Below, one piece after another: positions 50,285-63,043 of a DNA stretch of 64,000 nt. The stretch comes from Lytechinus pictus (taxonomy: Eukaryota). The notes beneath the pieces are model-generated. The model saw only the letters and a list, made by a program, of their open reading frames with translations. It did not search any database and was not told the DNA's origin. Each line of letters opens with the position of its first letter. The stretch's first letter is position 1. The stretch is from assembly GCF_037042905.1 (NCBI RefSeq), contig NC_087249.1, positions 9,116,001 to 9,180,000 of the forward strand, in the 5' to 3' direction. A program made the translations under genes and the position numbers.

Positions 50285-50749
50285 CTGTGTTCAGAAAAGA
50301 AAGGAAATGAGAAAATGAAGCCCTTTATTAAAAACAGCACACTTGACAGGCAATTGGCAATAACATTTGTCAGTCCAAACCAAATCACGTCATGCAACTT
50401 CACATCTTGAGAATTAGTTCTAATATGAGGCATCTCCTCTCCCGCAAGACCCATCGAAATGACTGAGCAATTTGTGGCCCAGCAAATCTAATTTGGATGT
50501 TTTAAAAGAAAGCAAAACATGCTTGTACATGGTTCCTATGGAAAACGGATTAAAGAAAACTGGGTCAACTATTTAAATAACTGCCAATCCATATAACTAT
50601 GGAAATTGCTGAAGCAGAGAGATCCGGAGTTAAAATTCTCTACAAAACCAAACCTTGAATATTTCAAGAAATGCATGAGTGTAAAAATACCCTGTACAGG
50701 GCTCAGTATACTAGTAAGTGGGATTCCTGTGGCCACGGGATCATAAGAG

Positions 50750-51210
50750 CCTCTGCTGTCTCATGGGAAAACGCTTTCTTAAACTGGTTTTCTGGAAACC
50801 GATTCAGGAAACCAGTTTAAAGGATCGCTTTGCTATCTTTCCCACTTGATCACAAGCAAGTGGTTTTCAAAATCACTTCACGTAAAGCGATCTTGTTGCT
50901 ATAGAAACGCTCTCAGTGGGGTGACACGATTCGCGTGAAATTTGAAACCGCAGCATAGGCATTCTACACCTGTCGTGTGGAGAGTAGCGCGCTCAAAATG
51001 AGCGAAGATCGCTTCCCGAAGAACGGTTGTGTCCTCACTTATGCTAAAACCAGTTTAACGAGGCAAAGCGATCTTGTAAACTTCATTGCGAGGTGGTTTT
51101 CTGAACCGGTTTGGGAGATCGCTTCCGAAATCGCTTCGACCGTTCTCACTACACTTTAAACTAGTTTCCAGTAAACTAGTTTTAGGAAGGTAGTGAGAAC
51201 GGTGTCTGAG
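50750..51210 (+). mobile_element. Dispersed repeat (aaaccagttt-rich)
   Basis: Inverted homolog of 48585-49240. Confidence 0.75.
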
Positions 51211-51404
51211 ACTAAGAAGAGAGTGGCTTTCACATGCTGGAACAACTCTGATCATGGACTTGCTGGTATGATCGGATAAAAGTGATTCTTTTGAGTCTCG
51301 GGATAAGTGCCTACCAATGCACTTAACTGAGGTAAGCCGCAGTGGTGAACACCAAAGTTAATGTAATTGACCCACATACAATTGTTTGCTGTCTCAGCTT
51401 TTAA

Positions 51405-52410
51405 AGGGGAAGATCAACCTGGCAAAAAGTTTATAGTAAAACTAGTAGAAAATATATTAAAAAAGATAATGGTGAAGATTTGATGAAAATCCATCAAAGA
51501 TGAAAAAGTTATTAGATTTTTATTAAGTTTATTATTTGTGACATATGCGAGCAGCTTCCCCATGTATCGTGTAGTAGAAAAAAATAAATGAAATGTAATT
51601 TTATCAAACAAATTGAAAATGGTTTTTATTGTACCTTTAGTATATAAACAATTACTTTCTCAGGACCGAAGTACTGGAACGGACTATCCAAAGACATTTC
51701 AGACTCCAATACATTGTTTATATTCAAACGTAAACTTAAACATACTTTTTTGAATGATTATGCAGTTCAGGCAGCAGTAGATATCTAAACCTTTCAGCAG
51801 CTCCATTTTACCTTCATACCTCCCTTTAAAACATTACTTTCCTTCCAGGGCGTGCCACAGATGTGATTAAACCAATTGGTTCATAAACTTTTGCTTTTCT
51901 TTTACCTTGTTATTTTTAATAGCTATATAGCCTTATATCTTATCACCTCCTTCCATTGGGGCCTATAACTCACAAGCTCTGCTTTCAACTTAGGCCCCTC
52001 CATTTTTCACTGATTTAAATTCTTATTGCGTATAATTTCTGTCTCAATAACGATTTATTTCAACTCAAGATAATTATGTTATACTCATGTCAAGCATGTA
52101 AATGTCTGTATATGAATAATGGAAATAAACTAAACTGAAACTGAAACTGAAACTAATCAGACAAATTATTTCACATCTGAACAGTATTTTTAGTCATCAT
52201 GAACCAATAAAAAATGAAATTTATGCACATAATATTCCATAATACATGGGGCAACTGCTGGTATATAAAAAGTCACAAGTAAACAAATTTCAAGTTCTAA
52301 TAATTCTTCCTTAATCTTTGGATTTTCCTAAAACGTTCACCAATATTTTTTATTTTTATTTTTTTCTGGTATTTTTGCAACAAGCTTTTTCTTCATGGCG
52401 AACTTCCCCT
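51405..52410 (+). mobile_element. TTAA-type MITE, family D, with a nested LINE fragment
   Basis: TTAA|aggggaagatcaacct ... ggcgaacttcccct|TTAA; about 500 bp longer than the 17415 copy. Confidence 0.88.
51648..52154 (+). mobile_element. 5'-truncated CR1/L2-type LINE 3' end
   Basis: Encodes TITFSGPKYWNGLSKDISDSNTLFIFKRKLKH...* (typical GP..WN.L...I......FK..LK ORF2 C-terminus), then a 3' UTR, AATAAA and an (aaactg)n tail. Confidence 0.82.
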
Positions 52411-55196
52411 TTAAGAGTGGCCCATGCATCGGTACACAGGCTATAATGCTGCTTCCAGCTGGAGCACTTTTCCCCCCTTTACAGTCTCATCTTCAGCTCA
52501 TTAGCCTCATTTTCATTGCCCAAAGTAGATGGCCGAACGTTCATATGATTCTGCAACCCCTGTTACCGGCTCCTTTTGGCTGATAAAGAGTGCGATGCCC
52601 CCGCAGGTCTCAAGGAGAGACTGTCTGTCTGTCTATCAGCTCATCTGCATATTCTATTTGAACATTTCTTGAAGATACAGGTTATTGTGCCCTCGGCTAG
52701 TTTAATACGTTGTACATTCATTATGGCTTGATTATTATCATTTTACACAATTTAGTTCTCTGAATTGCAGTTTATTTACTTTATTCTTTTTTTTTGGGGG
52801 GGGGGCAGGGGGCGAGGGCGGGATCGATTTCACATACCTTAATATGAGAGTTCTACTGCACTGTAAAATATCTGTATTTTCCATTTCAATACCATCCAAC
52901 CACCCTCTTGACAACAGTACCCTTGGCATTTCTTCTCATCTCACTTTTGCAGATATTACGTTTGTGCAATATTCAATGGTAATTCTTCCTTCTTTATTGC
53001 TTCACTTTCATGTTTCCCTCCTTTTCGCACAGCTTTTTCTCTCTTCCTTGAAAAAAAAACACATCTGCTGCAAAGTCAGATAAAATGTTTGTGTTCCCAA
53101 TAGGTTCCCCAAAAATAAAATATGATTTCAACTTTAAAAAAATAACGATTTCCCACTTGCAGTAACTTGATGTTGCGTTACATGTACGTACACCCAAAAG
53201 AGGATATTACACAAGTAAAGGTGTGTTTAATGTCGGTTTCCAAATTTAGACGGCAACATGAAACGTGATTGAAAACGTGGTTACAAAACACAGATATAAT
53301 GAGAAACAAAGGGTGTGTTCAATGTCCACTATTCCCGGTCGTAGAAGTAAACGTCTTTCAAATCACGATTCAGAAGAAAATTTAAACGTAGAAAAAGATG
53401 TGTTTATAAACGCCATTAGCTCAAATTTACGACCTTGAGCATCGCAAATGCGACATTGAACACAATTGCATTTTAAAACGTCTTTAAATTTGCTCTCGCA
53501 GTGGAAGCCTACACGAACAGGTGCCAGGACTGTCAAACTGAGCACTAAAGCTGCACTAACAAAAGGGGAAATTTAAAGACGATCAACATATAAACGGCTT
53601 TATATTTATTATAACAGGGCTGGTTCTGGACCATCATAAACTTTTTTTTTAACTACTGAACGATCCCTTCGAATCATTTGTGCAACCAAGAGAGGGGCAC
53701 CTTGCAAGCAAAATGCACAATACAATGTCCAAAGGTTATAAATGTACAATGCATTATGTTCCCTAATAAATGTACCATAAAAAGGTTTGTTGATATTGTT
53801 GCATAAAGGGTCGTTAAACAATGTCGCCTGGGCTTAACCGGCCATATAGACGATTAATAGCCCTGCACTCACCTCCGTGCATGAGTGAACATTACGCACG
53901 GCGCGCCCGCAATAGCCCCAAATATGTACCCCGATGACCAATTAAGAGTCGGTCAGTGTCAAGGCTAATCAGTGAGAGTTCTGTGTCTGGAGAGTTAAGG
54001 TCAAGTCAAGTACGTGTTCAGCATGCTCAACAAGCAGGACCTCCAGACCGTGCTGGACACCATGTACTTCTGAGGGATAAATGCCTCACTCTCACTTCCT
54101 TTATACATTAATATATTGAAAAAGTTAGAGAAAACATTGACTTATCTCTCAAACAACCCAATAACATCCTGATCACAAAATACATTACCCAAGATCCCTT
54201 CTTAATTGTAAATTATGTTTTACAGTATTCAGGGAGGAATCTCATTTGCATGTGCGTTTGAAGCGTATAAAGTACATGTAGGATGATTAGTGAGAAGCCC
54301 AGGCACGTGTCTGCACGTCTGTCACCCCGATGAACTCACGTCTGCACAAACAACCCTGGTACAGAGCATGAAAGAGAGAGAGAGGGGGGGGGGGGGTAGA
54401 ACGAAGGCACTCTCATGCATGCCCATCAGGTATCTTGTATTTTCTGATTGAGGATTTTACCCAAATCAAGACATTACTGGGTATTTTGCCAGTGTGAATA
54501 AAATTTACTTGTGACATTCACCAAAGGAGACACATGTACATCTAAACGGTATTTACTTTTCCAAGTCATAGGGACTTTTATCCCCAGGTTAGTGAGACAA
54601 ATAGAACATAGGGCCTACGTTGTTTTCTATGTACTAATGTGCAAGCTCATAGAGCATGCAAACTTTATCTGGTTGAGCAAATGTGAATGTGCAAAAATAA
54701 TTCTTGAGTCTTGTGAGGACTGATAAAGTTCTAAAGTGAAAGTTTACAGGTATTTTTTCATTATGAGGCACTTGTGAACTGAATATGTCCAGAGACAGAG
54801 GGGGGCAGTGGGGGACAGAGGATCAAACAAGTTGAGAACATTAGGCATAAACCAGACAATAAGCTTTAGCAAAATGTTTAAAAGGACAAAAACAGGATAG
54901 GCATGAAAAAAGATAGCGAAAGAAAGTAAATGTCAAAATCAAAAATGTCAAAAGTTGATCAGTAAATGAATGTTCTGGCAAACAAAGAAAAAATGGAAAA
55001 GGACCATTGGGGAAAATGTAATTTCTCAGCTCAGATTTCTTTTTGAAACTAAAAAAAACGATGACAAATATTAAGTAAGGCCGACAAACAAGAATACAAC
55101 AACAACAACAAATAAATCAGAAGTTATTGTACACAAGCTCAGTCTTGTAACAACTACCAGACATAAGCCAACAAAAACAACTCCACAAGATGATCA

Positions 55197-55471
55197 GGGC
55201 CCTGTCTTACAAAGAGTTACGATTGATCCAATCAAGCGTATCTCTATGGAAATCCATCACTGTCATAATTTTTTCTATAGGAATTTGGCACAATGTCCTT
55301 TGTAAACAAAGAGAAGCACAGTGAATTTATAAGACAACGATGAATGCATGAATATACATCATAGCCAGAAAATATTTTGAACAAACATGCATAATACTAG
55401 ATATTGACATTGCTGGCCGTCCATAGTTGCGATCGATCCGATCAATCATAACTCTTTTTCAGACGGGGGCC
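55197..55471 (+). mobile_element. Harbinger-like MITE, family F
   Basis: gggccctgtcttacaaagagttacgattgatc ... gatcaatcataactctttttcagacgggggccc. Confidence 0.85.
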
Positions 55472-56552
55472 CTGAACTGTTGGATTTTGCTAGAATCACG
55501 GAAAGGGGGGAAATAATTTTATTAGCTGACACTGGCCCAGAGAGGGCTTCAACCTTTTGATGAGCTCTGTATGTCTGTATGAGCCTAGCATGTGTAACAT
55601 TCATGACGGCACGTCTCTCACCCCTATGAACTTGCACGCAAACATGTGAGCGTGCATCGTAGGCCTACTTTGTAGCGTCTTGTCCAGAGGAGCACAATTT
55701 TTTTTAGGGAGCTGAGGGCTAATACACCCCCCATCTGTCTGATAACCACGGCTTTTTGTGAAAAACATGTTTGCCAGATTAAATGCTCTTTGAAATCATA
55801 CTCATGACTATTCATCATGCAGTTTTCTGCAGCTCTAATAGACATTTCAGAGATCATCACAAATCAAAAGATAGAGTGTTGACATGTTGTCTGAGAGAGA
55901 AAGGTTATGTCGATGGTGCCATTCACATGAATTCGCTGAAATTTATTCCAACAGGGGCGGCCCAATTAATAATAGATGCTATAAAAACAAATTTGCACTA
56001 ATGATTTAAAGCTATTGAAATCTAATAAACTTAATATACAGACAATGTGCAGTTGTTATCAAGGGCGTTGGCTGAAGGGATGCACTGGGTGCATTTGCAC
56101 CCTCCCGCTGAGGCAGAAGAGTTTCGACACTGGCAAGCAAAAAAAAATGGTACCCCTTCTGCTTTATTAGCTGATTTTCCAAGCTTTAATTCCACCTCCC
56201 CAAGATGTGCACCCCCCAATAACACTTTAGTTCCACCTCCCCATGCTCAAACTAGCCTAAGCCCTTGGTTATTATTTTAAAAAATAAAATGGACCCAGTT
56301 ATGAAAAAATTCATTATCTTCCATTTGTAAGTTAACTGTCGGTTTTTGAATTTATTCAGTGTTAGACCCTGTCTTCTGTCATCGAAAACTAATTTGCTCT
56401 ATAACGGTTCAGGAAACCAGTTTGCATAAACTTCATGACCAAAATTGCAAGATTGTAACGAAAATTGTGAACTTCATCATGAATGAAGTTGTGTATCAGG
56501 TGTTTGATCGAGGCACCGTACTGTAGGCTTACACTTTCTCAACAATTATTAA

Positions 56553-57147
56553 AGGACAAGTCCACCCCAACAAAAACTTGATTTAAATAAAAAGAGAAAA
56601 ATTCAACAAGCATAACACTGAAAATTTCATCAAAATCGGATGTAAAATAAGAAAGTTATGGCATTTTAAAGTTTCGCTTAGTTTCACAAAACAGTTATAT
56701 GCACATCTCGGTCGGTATGCAAATGAGGTACTGATGACATCACTCACTCACTATTTCTTTTGTATTTCATTATATGAAATATTTTTATTTTCTCGTCATT
56801 GTCATGTGAAATGAAGTTTCATTCCTCCCTGAACACGTGGAATTCCATTATTTTAACATTTTGTGTTTCAGGCAAGGAGGTCCTAATCGTCAAATTTGTA
56901 AAAATTGAAATATTGTATAATTCAAACAATAAAAAACAAAAGAAATAGTGAGTGAGTGACATCATCGACTCTCTCATTTGGATGTAACTGGCTCGTTCAT
57001 ATAACTATTTTGTTAAAAATAAGCGAAACTTTGAAATGTCATAACTTTCTTATTTTACATCCGATTTTGATGAAATTTTCAGCATTGTGCTTGTCTAATT
57101 TTTCTCTATTGATTCAAATCAACATTTTTCTGAGGTGGACTTGACCT
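56553..57147. mobile_element. TTAA-type (Kolobok/T2-like) MITE, family C
   Basis: TTAA|aggacaagtccacc ... ggtggacttgacct|TTAA, with long imperfect inverted arms. Confidence 0.92.
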
Positions 57148-60100
57148 TTAACAAATAACTAATTGAATCTTTCTTGCAATGGTAGATGGTTATATGTCTG
57201 CCAACTCACAAAATGCAATTGTATAATGGCTTATCAAATGATAGGCCTATATAATTTTCAATAATACATGGAGAATATATAAGTTACTAAAAAAAAACCA
57301 TATGGACCTACATATAACATTGGCTTTTAGTAGATTTTGGTTAAAAATTGTTAAAAAAGATAAAATTATGGTAAGAATATCACCTAAACTACTAAGTATA
57401 TTCAGCTACGGAAATGTGAGGAGTGGGGGTTAAAAAGGATAGCAAGCAGCAAAAAATGAGGGGATATAAATTACAAACTAGAAATTATTTCTTTTTTAAC
57501 AAGTCCAGGAAAGGAAATTTTATGAATTCCTTCCTACTAGAGTAACTTCTGCATTTGAAGTGCATTACAGGCAAAAAAATCTTCTTTTGGGGAGCTACTT
57601 TTTGCAAACTACTGCCTAAATATGCAACATTGGAGAAGCATGACATTTCAAGGGTTCCTTTAATATTCAAGTTTCCAGGGCCATTTTGACCCTCTCCCCT
57701 CCTATATTCTTTTTCCTGGTACAGTACATTACCATAAGCTACAGATATTACCTGTGTATACAGCATGGTAGAATGGACTAATGGAGGTCATTTCTGAAAT
57801 CTAATTATCATAAATATATACCCAGACTGGACAAGGCAGGAGTGGACAAAGCAAATATCTGACCTTTCTTTCCCTCCCTTCCCCTTAGCTCCTCTCTAAT
57901 TGGTCAGTCTGGAATGGCTGACCGTTAAAGCAATTAGGCCTACAGTAGACTTGACCTAGGAGTCTAGACAAGCTTTATAGGTGTGAGGTCAATCCGGTTT
58001 CTGGATTTTTATGCAGGGTATTATATCCACTGCTTCCTTGTTCAGGACAGGCTGGACATTAAACACCCTGTTCACATTGAAAGAATAATCCAGTTGGAAG
58101 GAAAAGAGGATGGAGTGGGGTAACAATCTTAAAAGTGCTTGAGTTGTTCAAGTGTGAAAAACAGTAGATATTACGCCGATGTGCCACATCAAAGTGGAAA
58201 ATAGGGGGCTCTGGAACTAAATCTTGGTCTTAAAATGGGGGTCTCCGGAACGTCTCTTGGATCAACATTTGCTAAAAATGCAATGCTCTGGATTAACTGA
58301 CCACATAAAAATTGGGGGTCTCCGGAACTCGTTATATCGTACATGGTAGCGGGTGTAGTAGTGCACTGGAGTGAGAAACGCAAATTTGAGGGTCTCTGGA
58401 ACGAAGAAAACTAGGAATTTTTATGTTTTTTTTAGACTGGTGATGCTCTGGAATGGAAATTTAGGCTGAAATTGGAGGTCTCGACCATGGCACATTTAAA
58501 CATCATACATTTATACTAAGTGCCCCCCCCCCCTGGATGTGATCCATGGAGTACTATCTAAGATTCTGTCCAAAAAAAGGAATGTTCACAAGAAATATCA
58601 TGTAGGGTCTACAGTATTGACTGTGTATAAATTATACTAATAAAGCAATTGCGCATTCAGGAAGTTTTGTAATTGTGGGTTTGCACTGTAATATAAAATT
58701 ATAATTATATATCAAAGTTTTACTACTCCAACAATGTAGGCCTATACCTACTCTGGCAAATTTAGAAACAATTGTTTAAAATTACTTGAGAGCTGGCGAC
58801 GTGTGTTAGTTATGTACATGTACATCTCTATCATGCATAACTTTGGAAGGCACAAATCTCTCTTACACACTATAATCTATCACCTACCTTTATATCAGAT
58901 AACTTGGCTGCATTCGGAAGGCCCAAAATAACCCTCATGTTTAATCAACAAGCTGGATGATCGATAAGAAGATGAAACTTAGTCTCAAAACAAAAGTCGA
59001 AGTGACAGTATTCAACTAGTTCTTGATGACCTCAAATTATTCTTTGATGATTTGTACACTGTCCAATACCCAAAAATTACTGGAGTTCATTTAAAACATA
59101 CAATGTACATCATAATGTCAGGCAAAGAGGATGCACAAGCGGCACTGATGAAGCAACAACAGAAATATTTTCACAGCTGCAGTGTCTGAAAAGTATTATT
59201 CACAAAACAGATGATATTCCAAGGCTCCAGATTTGATAAAATTTTGAGTTGTCAGAAGATGATTCATTTATTCAGGCTCAGTTTCCTCGTAATCCGGTAA
59301 AACTATCGGAGATTGGATGGTGGTATGATCAAAGAATTAAGTAGATCACAAGTGAGCACCTTAAACCAAATATTGCACCAGATCAGATGATCAGTTATCT
59401 GCTTCACGGAGGAACCTAGTTGCCCCCCAGCGGAAATACTGGGGCATTTATATTATTATGCTGAGGAACATTCAATTCACTGTAGGTATCTGCACGAGCT
59501 GATCTGAGCCGAGCCTCTGGATGGGCGATGAGTTGACCGAGGATTGACCAAGACTAGAAGAAGCAAGCACAGGTAGGCTCTGGGATATAGATTCCAATTA
59601 AACAGCTCTACTTTGCTTGAGCTGGCTACCTATATTTGTGGCAGCAGACAGACAGCTAGCTAGCAGACAGCCACCAAAAAGCTGGCCAGACGACAGTGAG
59701 TGACCTTAGAAAAGCAGTTCAATACTTACATGTCCTCGTCAATAGCTCTGATCTCAGGCTGCGCACAACAGCTGATACACACATGTGCACACAATGCACA
59801 GCTCACATTCGCGCTCCAGACACACATCACAGCACAGAAACCGGGGAGGCAGGATCATGGACACACTTCGGTGAGCCCCAGACATGCAAATATCGCCTCA
59901 CATATGGCCTTGTGGTAGTCTATGTACCAGACTCATAGTATATATCTATTTATGAAGTTAATAATAATAATACATGAGATTTATGAGATTTATGAATGTT
60001 GAATGTTTTTTTTATTAAAATGCTCTCCCCTGAACCTTTGACTGGAGGTAGGGGAGGGGATAAACCTAAAATATTATATGTAAAGGGACTACATCCCTAA

Positions 60101-60149
60101 TTGTGCCAACTAGCAAAATGTAACATTTTGCGCTGAACCACACTTATTG

Positions 60150-61933
60150 GGCAGTTTATAATCACTCGCGTCGCGTTCTGGTTCGTAATCACTCGCGTTT
60201 TGAATTTTTGGCGATTTTTTTTATTTCGGTGCGATTTTTTTTTAACGGTGTCTTCAATGGGACAGACATGCAGGGAAATTTGAGTTTCGTTTTAAGCCGG
60301 CAATTAAGTGCCTTAAAATAAAATGTACTCGACTACTGTTCTAAGTACCAAGAATAGAAAACAAGCTTGATCCGCCCCAGACAGCTGGCAGCAGTCTGTT
60401 TCGAGGAGTTCTTTTCAAACATTTTAATTTTTTTTTTAATTTCTCTGTATTTGGTGATTGTACAACTCATCCCCCATCTGTATGCTTTGTACTGTTTCTA
60501 GTGGAAAGTCCCCCAAAGTACATGTATTTCATACCTTGAATTTAATGTAACTTGCCTGAATGCGATAAGCTTTGTTATTAACGTGTGTGCTCTCAGATTT
60601 TAACAAAAGTTATAAGATATTTAAAAAAAATTTTTCAAGAAATCATTAAATTTCTCTAATGATGAATATCTAGTCTTGTTTATCCATTGCAATGTTCATA
60701 TGTGTGATATGATAGGTGGTTTACTTTTGCCAGTAACTACTTGCAGTAGGCTGGATACATAAACATAAATATAACATTGTGATCAACAACAAATATACAC
60801 TTGTAAATACATTACAATACAGTGTAGATTTCTTGTCCTTGATAACCCCCAAATTTTTTCATATTTTTCACCCTGCAACGTCCTGCAAGATTAATGAAAA
60901 TCCATTTTACCATTTTTAAATTTTGTTCAGTGCACCATCATTATATATTAAAAAAAAAACTAATTTTGTTGGTCCCTCGGACTTCTTTATAACCAGAGTG
61001 CACTTTACTCCCCCTCCTACTTCTCTTTCTTCTCAGTCTTCTTTTTATTCCCATTATTATGTCATCTTATTCTTCTCCCTGTTCTTCTACTTCTCAATTT
61101 CTTCCCTTTCTCCTTATTGTTCATCTCCCTTCTCACTTCTTCCTTCTCTCTTCTCAGTCTTCCCCTTATTTTATCTTCTCTTTCTCTTCTTCTACATCCT
61201 CCCCTCAATTTTCTCTTTTTAGTTTCATTTTTACCCCCTTATGTCCTCCATCTTCTTTTTTCTTCTTCTACTTCTCCTCCTCCTTCCTTCTTGCTTTTCT
61301 TCTTCAGCACTTTTTTCCTCCCTGATTTTTACGTTAGTGTAGAATAATTCACAAAGAAAGGGAGAAGCAAATAAATAGTGATATTATGAAATTGTAGCAC
61401 CTCACTATGCTTTATAAAGAATACCACAGACTTCAGGAAAATCCTCCAAAGGCAAAGCTAAATCGAGAGTAGCCTTTCCTCCTTTTTCTTCTTTATTCCT
61501 TTTCTCCTTTCTTTCTCCTTTTTTCCTTGCTTCTTTCTTTCTGTCTGTCTTTTTTTTTCTTTCTCTTTTCTCCCTCTTTCCCTTCCTTTCTCCCCCCTCT
61601 CTCTTTTTTTAGGGGGAGCCCCCCCCCCCGCTTCCGCCGCCTATGGCTCTAAGATTTAAGATGTGGAATGTGATTATGTTAAAACAGTAGTCAAAATTTG
61701 CTTGTTATCTTAAAACAGTGGTCGAGAACGTTTTATTTAAGGCACTTACCAGCTTAAAATAAAACGAAACTCGAATTTCAATTTCATTTTATTTTTCCAG
61801 TACGTTTGTCCCATTGAAGACACCGTTAGAAAAAAAATCGCACCGAAAAAAAAAAAAATCGCCAAAAATCAAAAACGCGTGTGATTACCAACCCGACGCG
61901 AGTGATTACGAACGCGAGTGAATATAATAAGCC
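60150..61933. mobile_element. Non-autonomous long-TIR DNA element (about 1.78 kb, ~220-bp TIRs, 7-9 bp TSD; Mutator-like?)
   Basis: taacggtgtcttcaatgggaca and taatcactcgcgt on the left are inverted at the right (tgtcccattgaagacaccgtta, acgcgagtgatta); cttattg(gg) on both flanks. Confidence 0.82.
61010..61320. repeat. Polypyrimidine (CT-rich) tract
   Basis: Directly visible; a second tract lies at about 61475-61610. Confidence 0.9.
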
Positions 61934-62757
61934 CTTATTGGGGGGGTGGGAAGCCCAATTTTTTTCCATGGGAATGTTACCTTACAGGAAATCAAATCAA
62001 CAAACTTATACTTTTGTCATATCCCAAAAAATGGGTTGGAACAGAAGGATATTTGAAGTGTTATTACCGTATACAATGTAGTAGTACAAGTGAAATCAAT
62101 GAGAAAATTATCTTTACTGCTATAAATTACTTTGCTGAGACACTAGCATAATAAGCATAAGGTACAGGGGGGGTTTACAGTCGGGTGCGGGGCGAATTTG
62201 CCCCCAAAATGCCAAAGAGAGCCCTGAAAATTTCCATAGGGTCCAATGTAAATTTTAATAGTGTAGCAAATTTTGGATGGTGTGCTCAAAATTCAATTTT
62301 TTTTTATTAGTAGCATTATCCCCTACCATATTCACAATTGTGTCATCTTTTCAGCAAAGATGTCATCACATTTCACAAAAGCAAACTTACTAGATCTACT
62401 AGATGTCATTATATTTCACTAAGTAAACTTAATTACTAGATCTATGATATGGTAATGATTACCCTAAATTTTAAAGACTTTCTCATGAAATTAACAATTG
62501 ATGCAAATACTCTGACATATAAGTGCTTGTACTATTGAACAGAAAAATGATTATAAATGTTGGTAGTCCGAAATAGGTTTTCTTTTATTATCAAAGAAGA
62601 TTATATTTTAGTTTTCATCTTGAAAACAATGAGGCCTAAATACCAGGATCTAGTTGCATATAAAACAGGCTAAGGCTAATAACAGTTAGATATGTTTGTT
62701 TTTTTACCTTGATTTTTTTGTTGGCCGACTAGCCTTATTACCAATATCATAATCGTG

Positions 62758-63043
62758 GGTGCTTTGTGGTCTAGTGGTTCTGACTCTTGCCTTTCAAACA
62801 GAGGGTCGTGGGTTCGAATCCTAGCCATGGAGAGTTTTCCTTCAGCAAGAAATTTATCCACACTGTGCTGCACTTGACCCAGGTGAGGTGAATGGGTACC
62901 CGGCAGGATTAATTCCTTGAATGCTTGAGCGCCTAGGCAGCCCAGCTAAAGCGGGGTAATAATATCAGGGCCCGCTGGGAGAACAGTTTTCGGAACTGAA
63001 GTGGCTACCCTGGGTAAATATACCACTATTATTATTATTATTC
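62758..63043 (+). mobile_element. tRNA-derived SINE, near full length
   Basis: Box A tggtctagtgg, box B ggttcgaatcc, core gacccaggtgaggtgaatgggtacccggcagg, (tta)n tail. Confidence 0.9.

Noticed and set aside
51055..51340. Possible extra MARCH coding exon (…SKSMIRVVPACESH…)
   Set aside because: The open frame runs into a repeat copy, and I found no convincing in-phase donor.
60923..61347. Phe/Leu/Ser-rich ORFs suggesting membrane proteins
   Set aside because: Translations of a CT-rich tract inside a TIR element.
62758..62830. Bona fide tRNA gene
   Set aside because: It has A/B boxes but continues into a SINE core and tail shared by four other diverged copies; no convincing acceptor stem.
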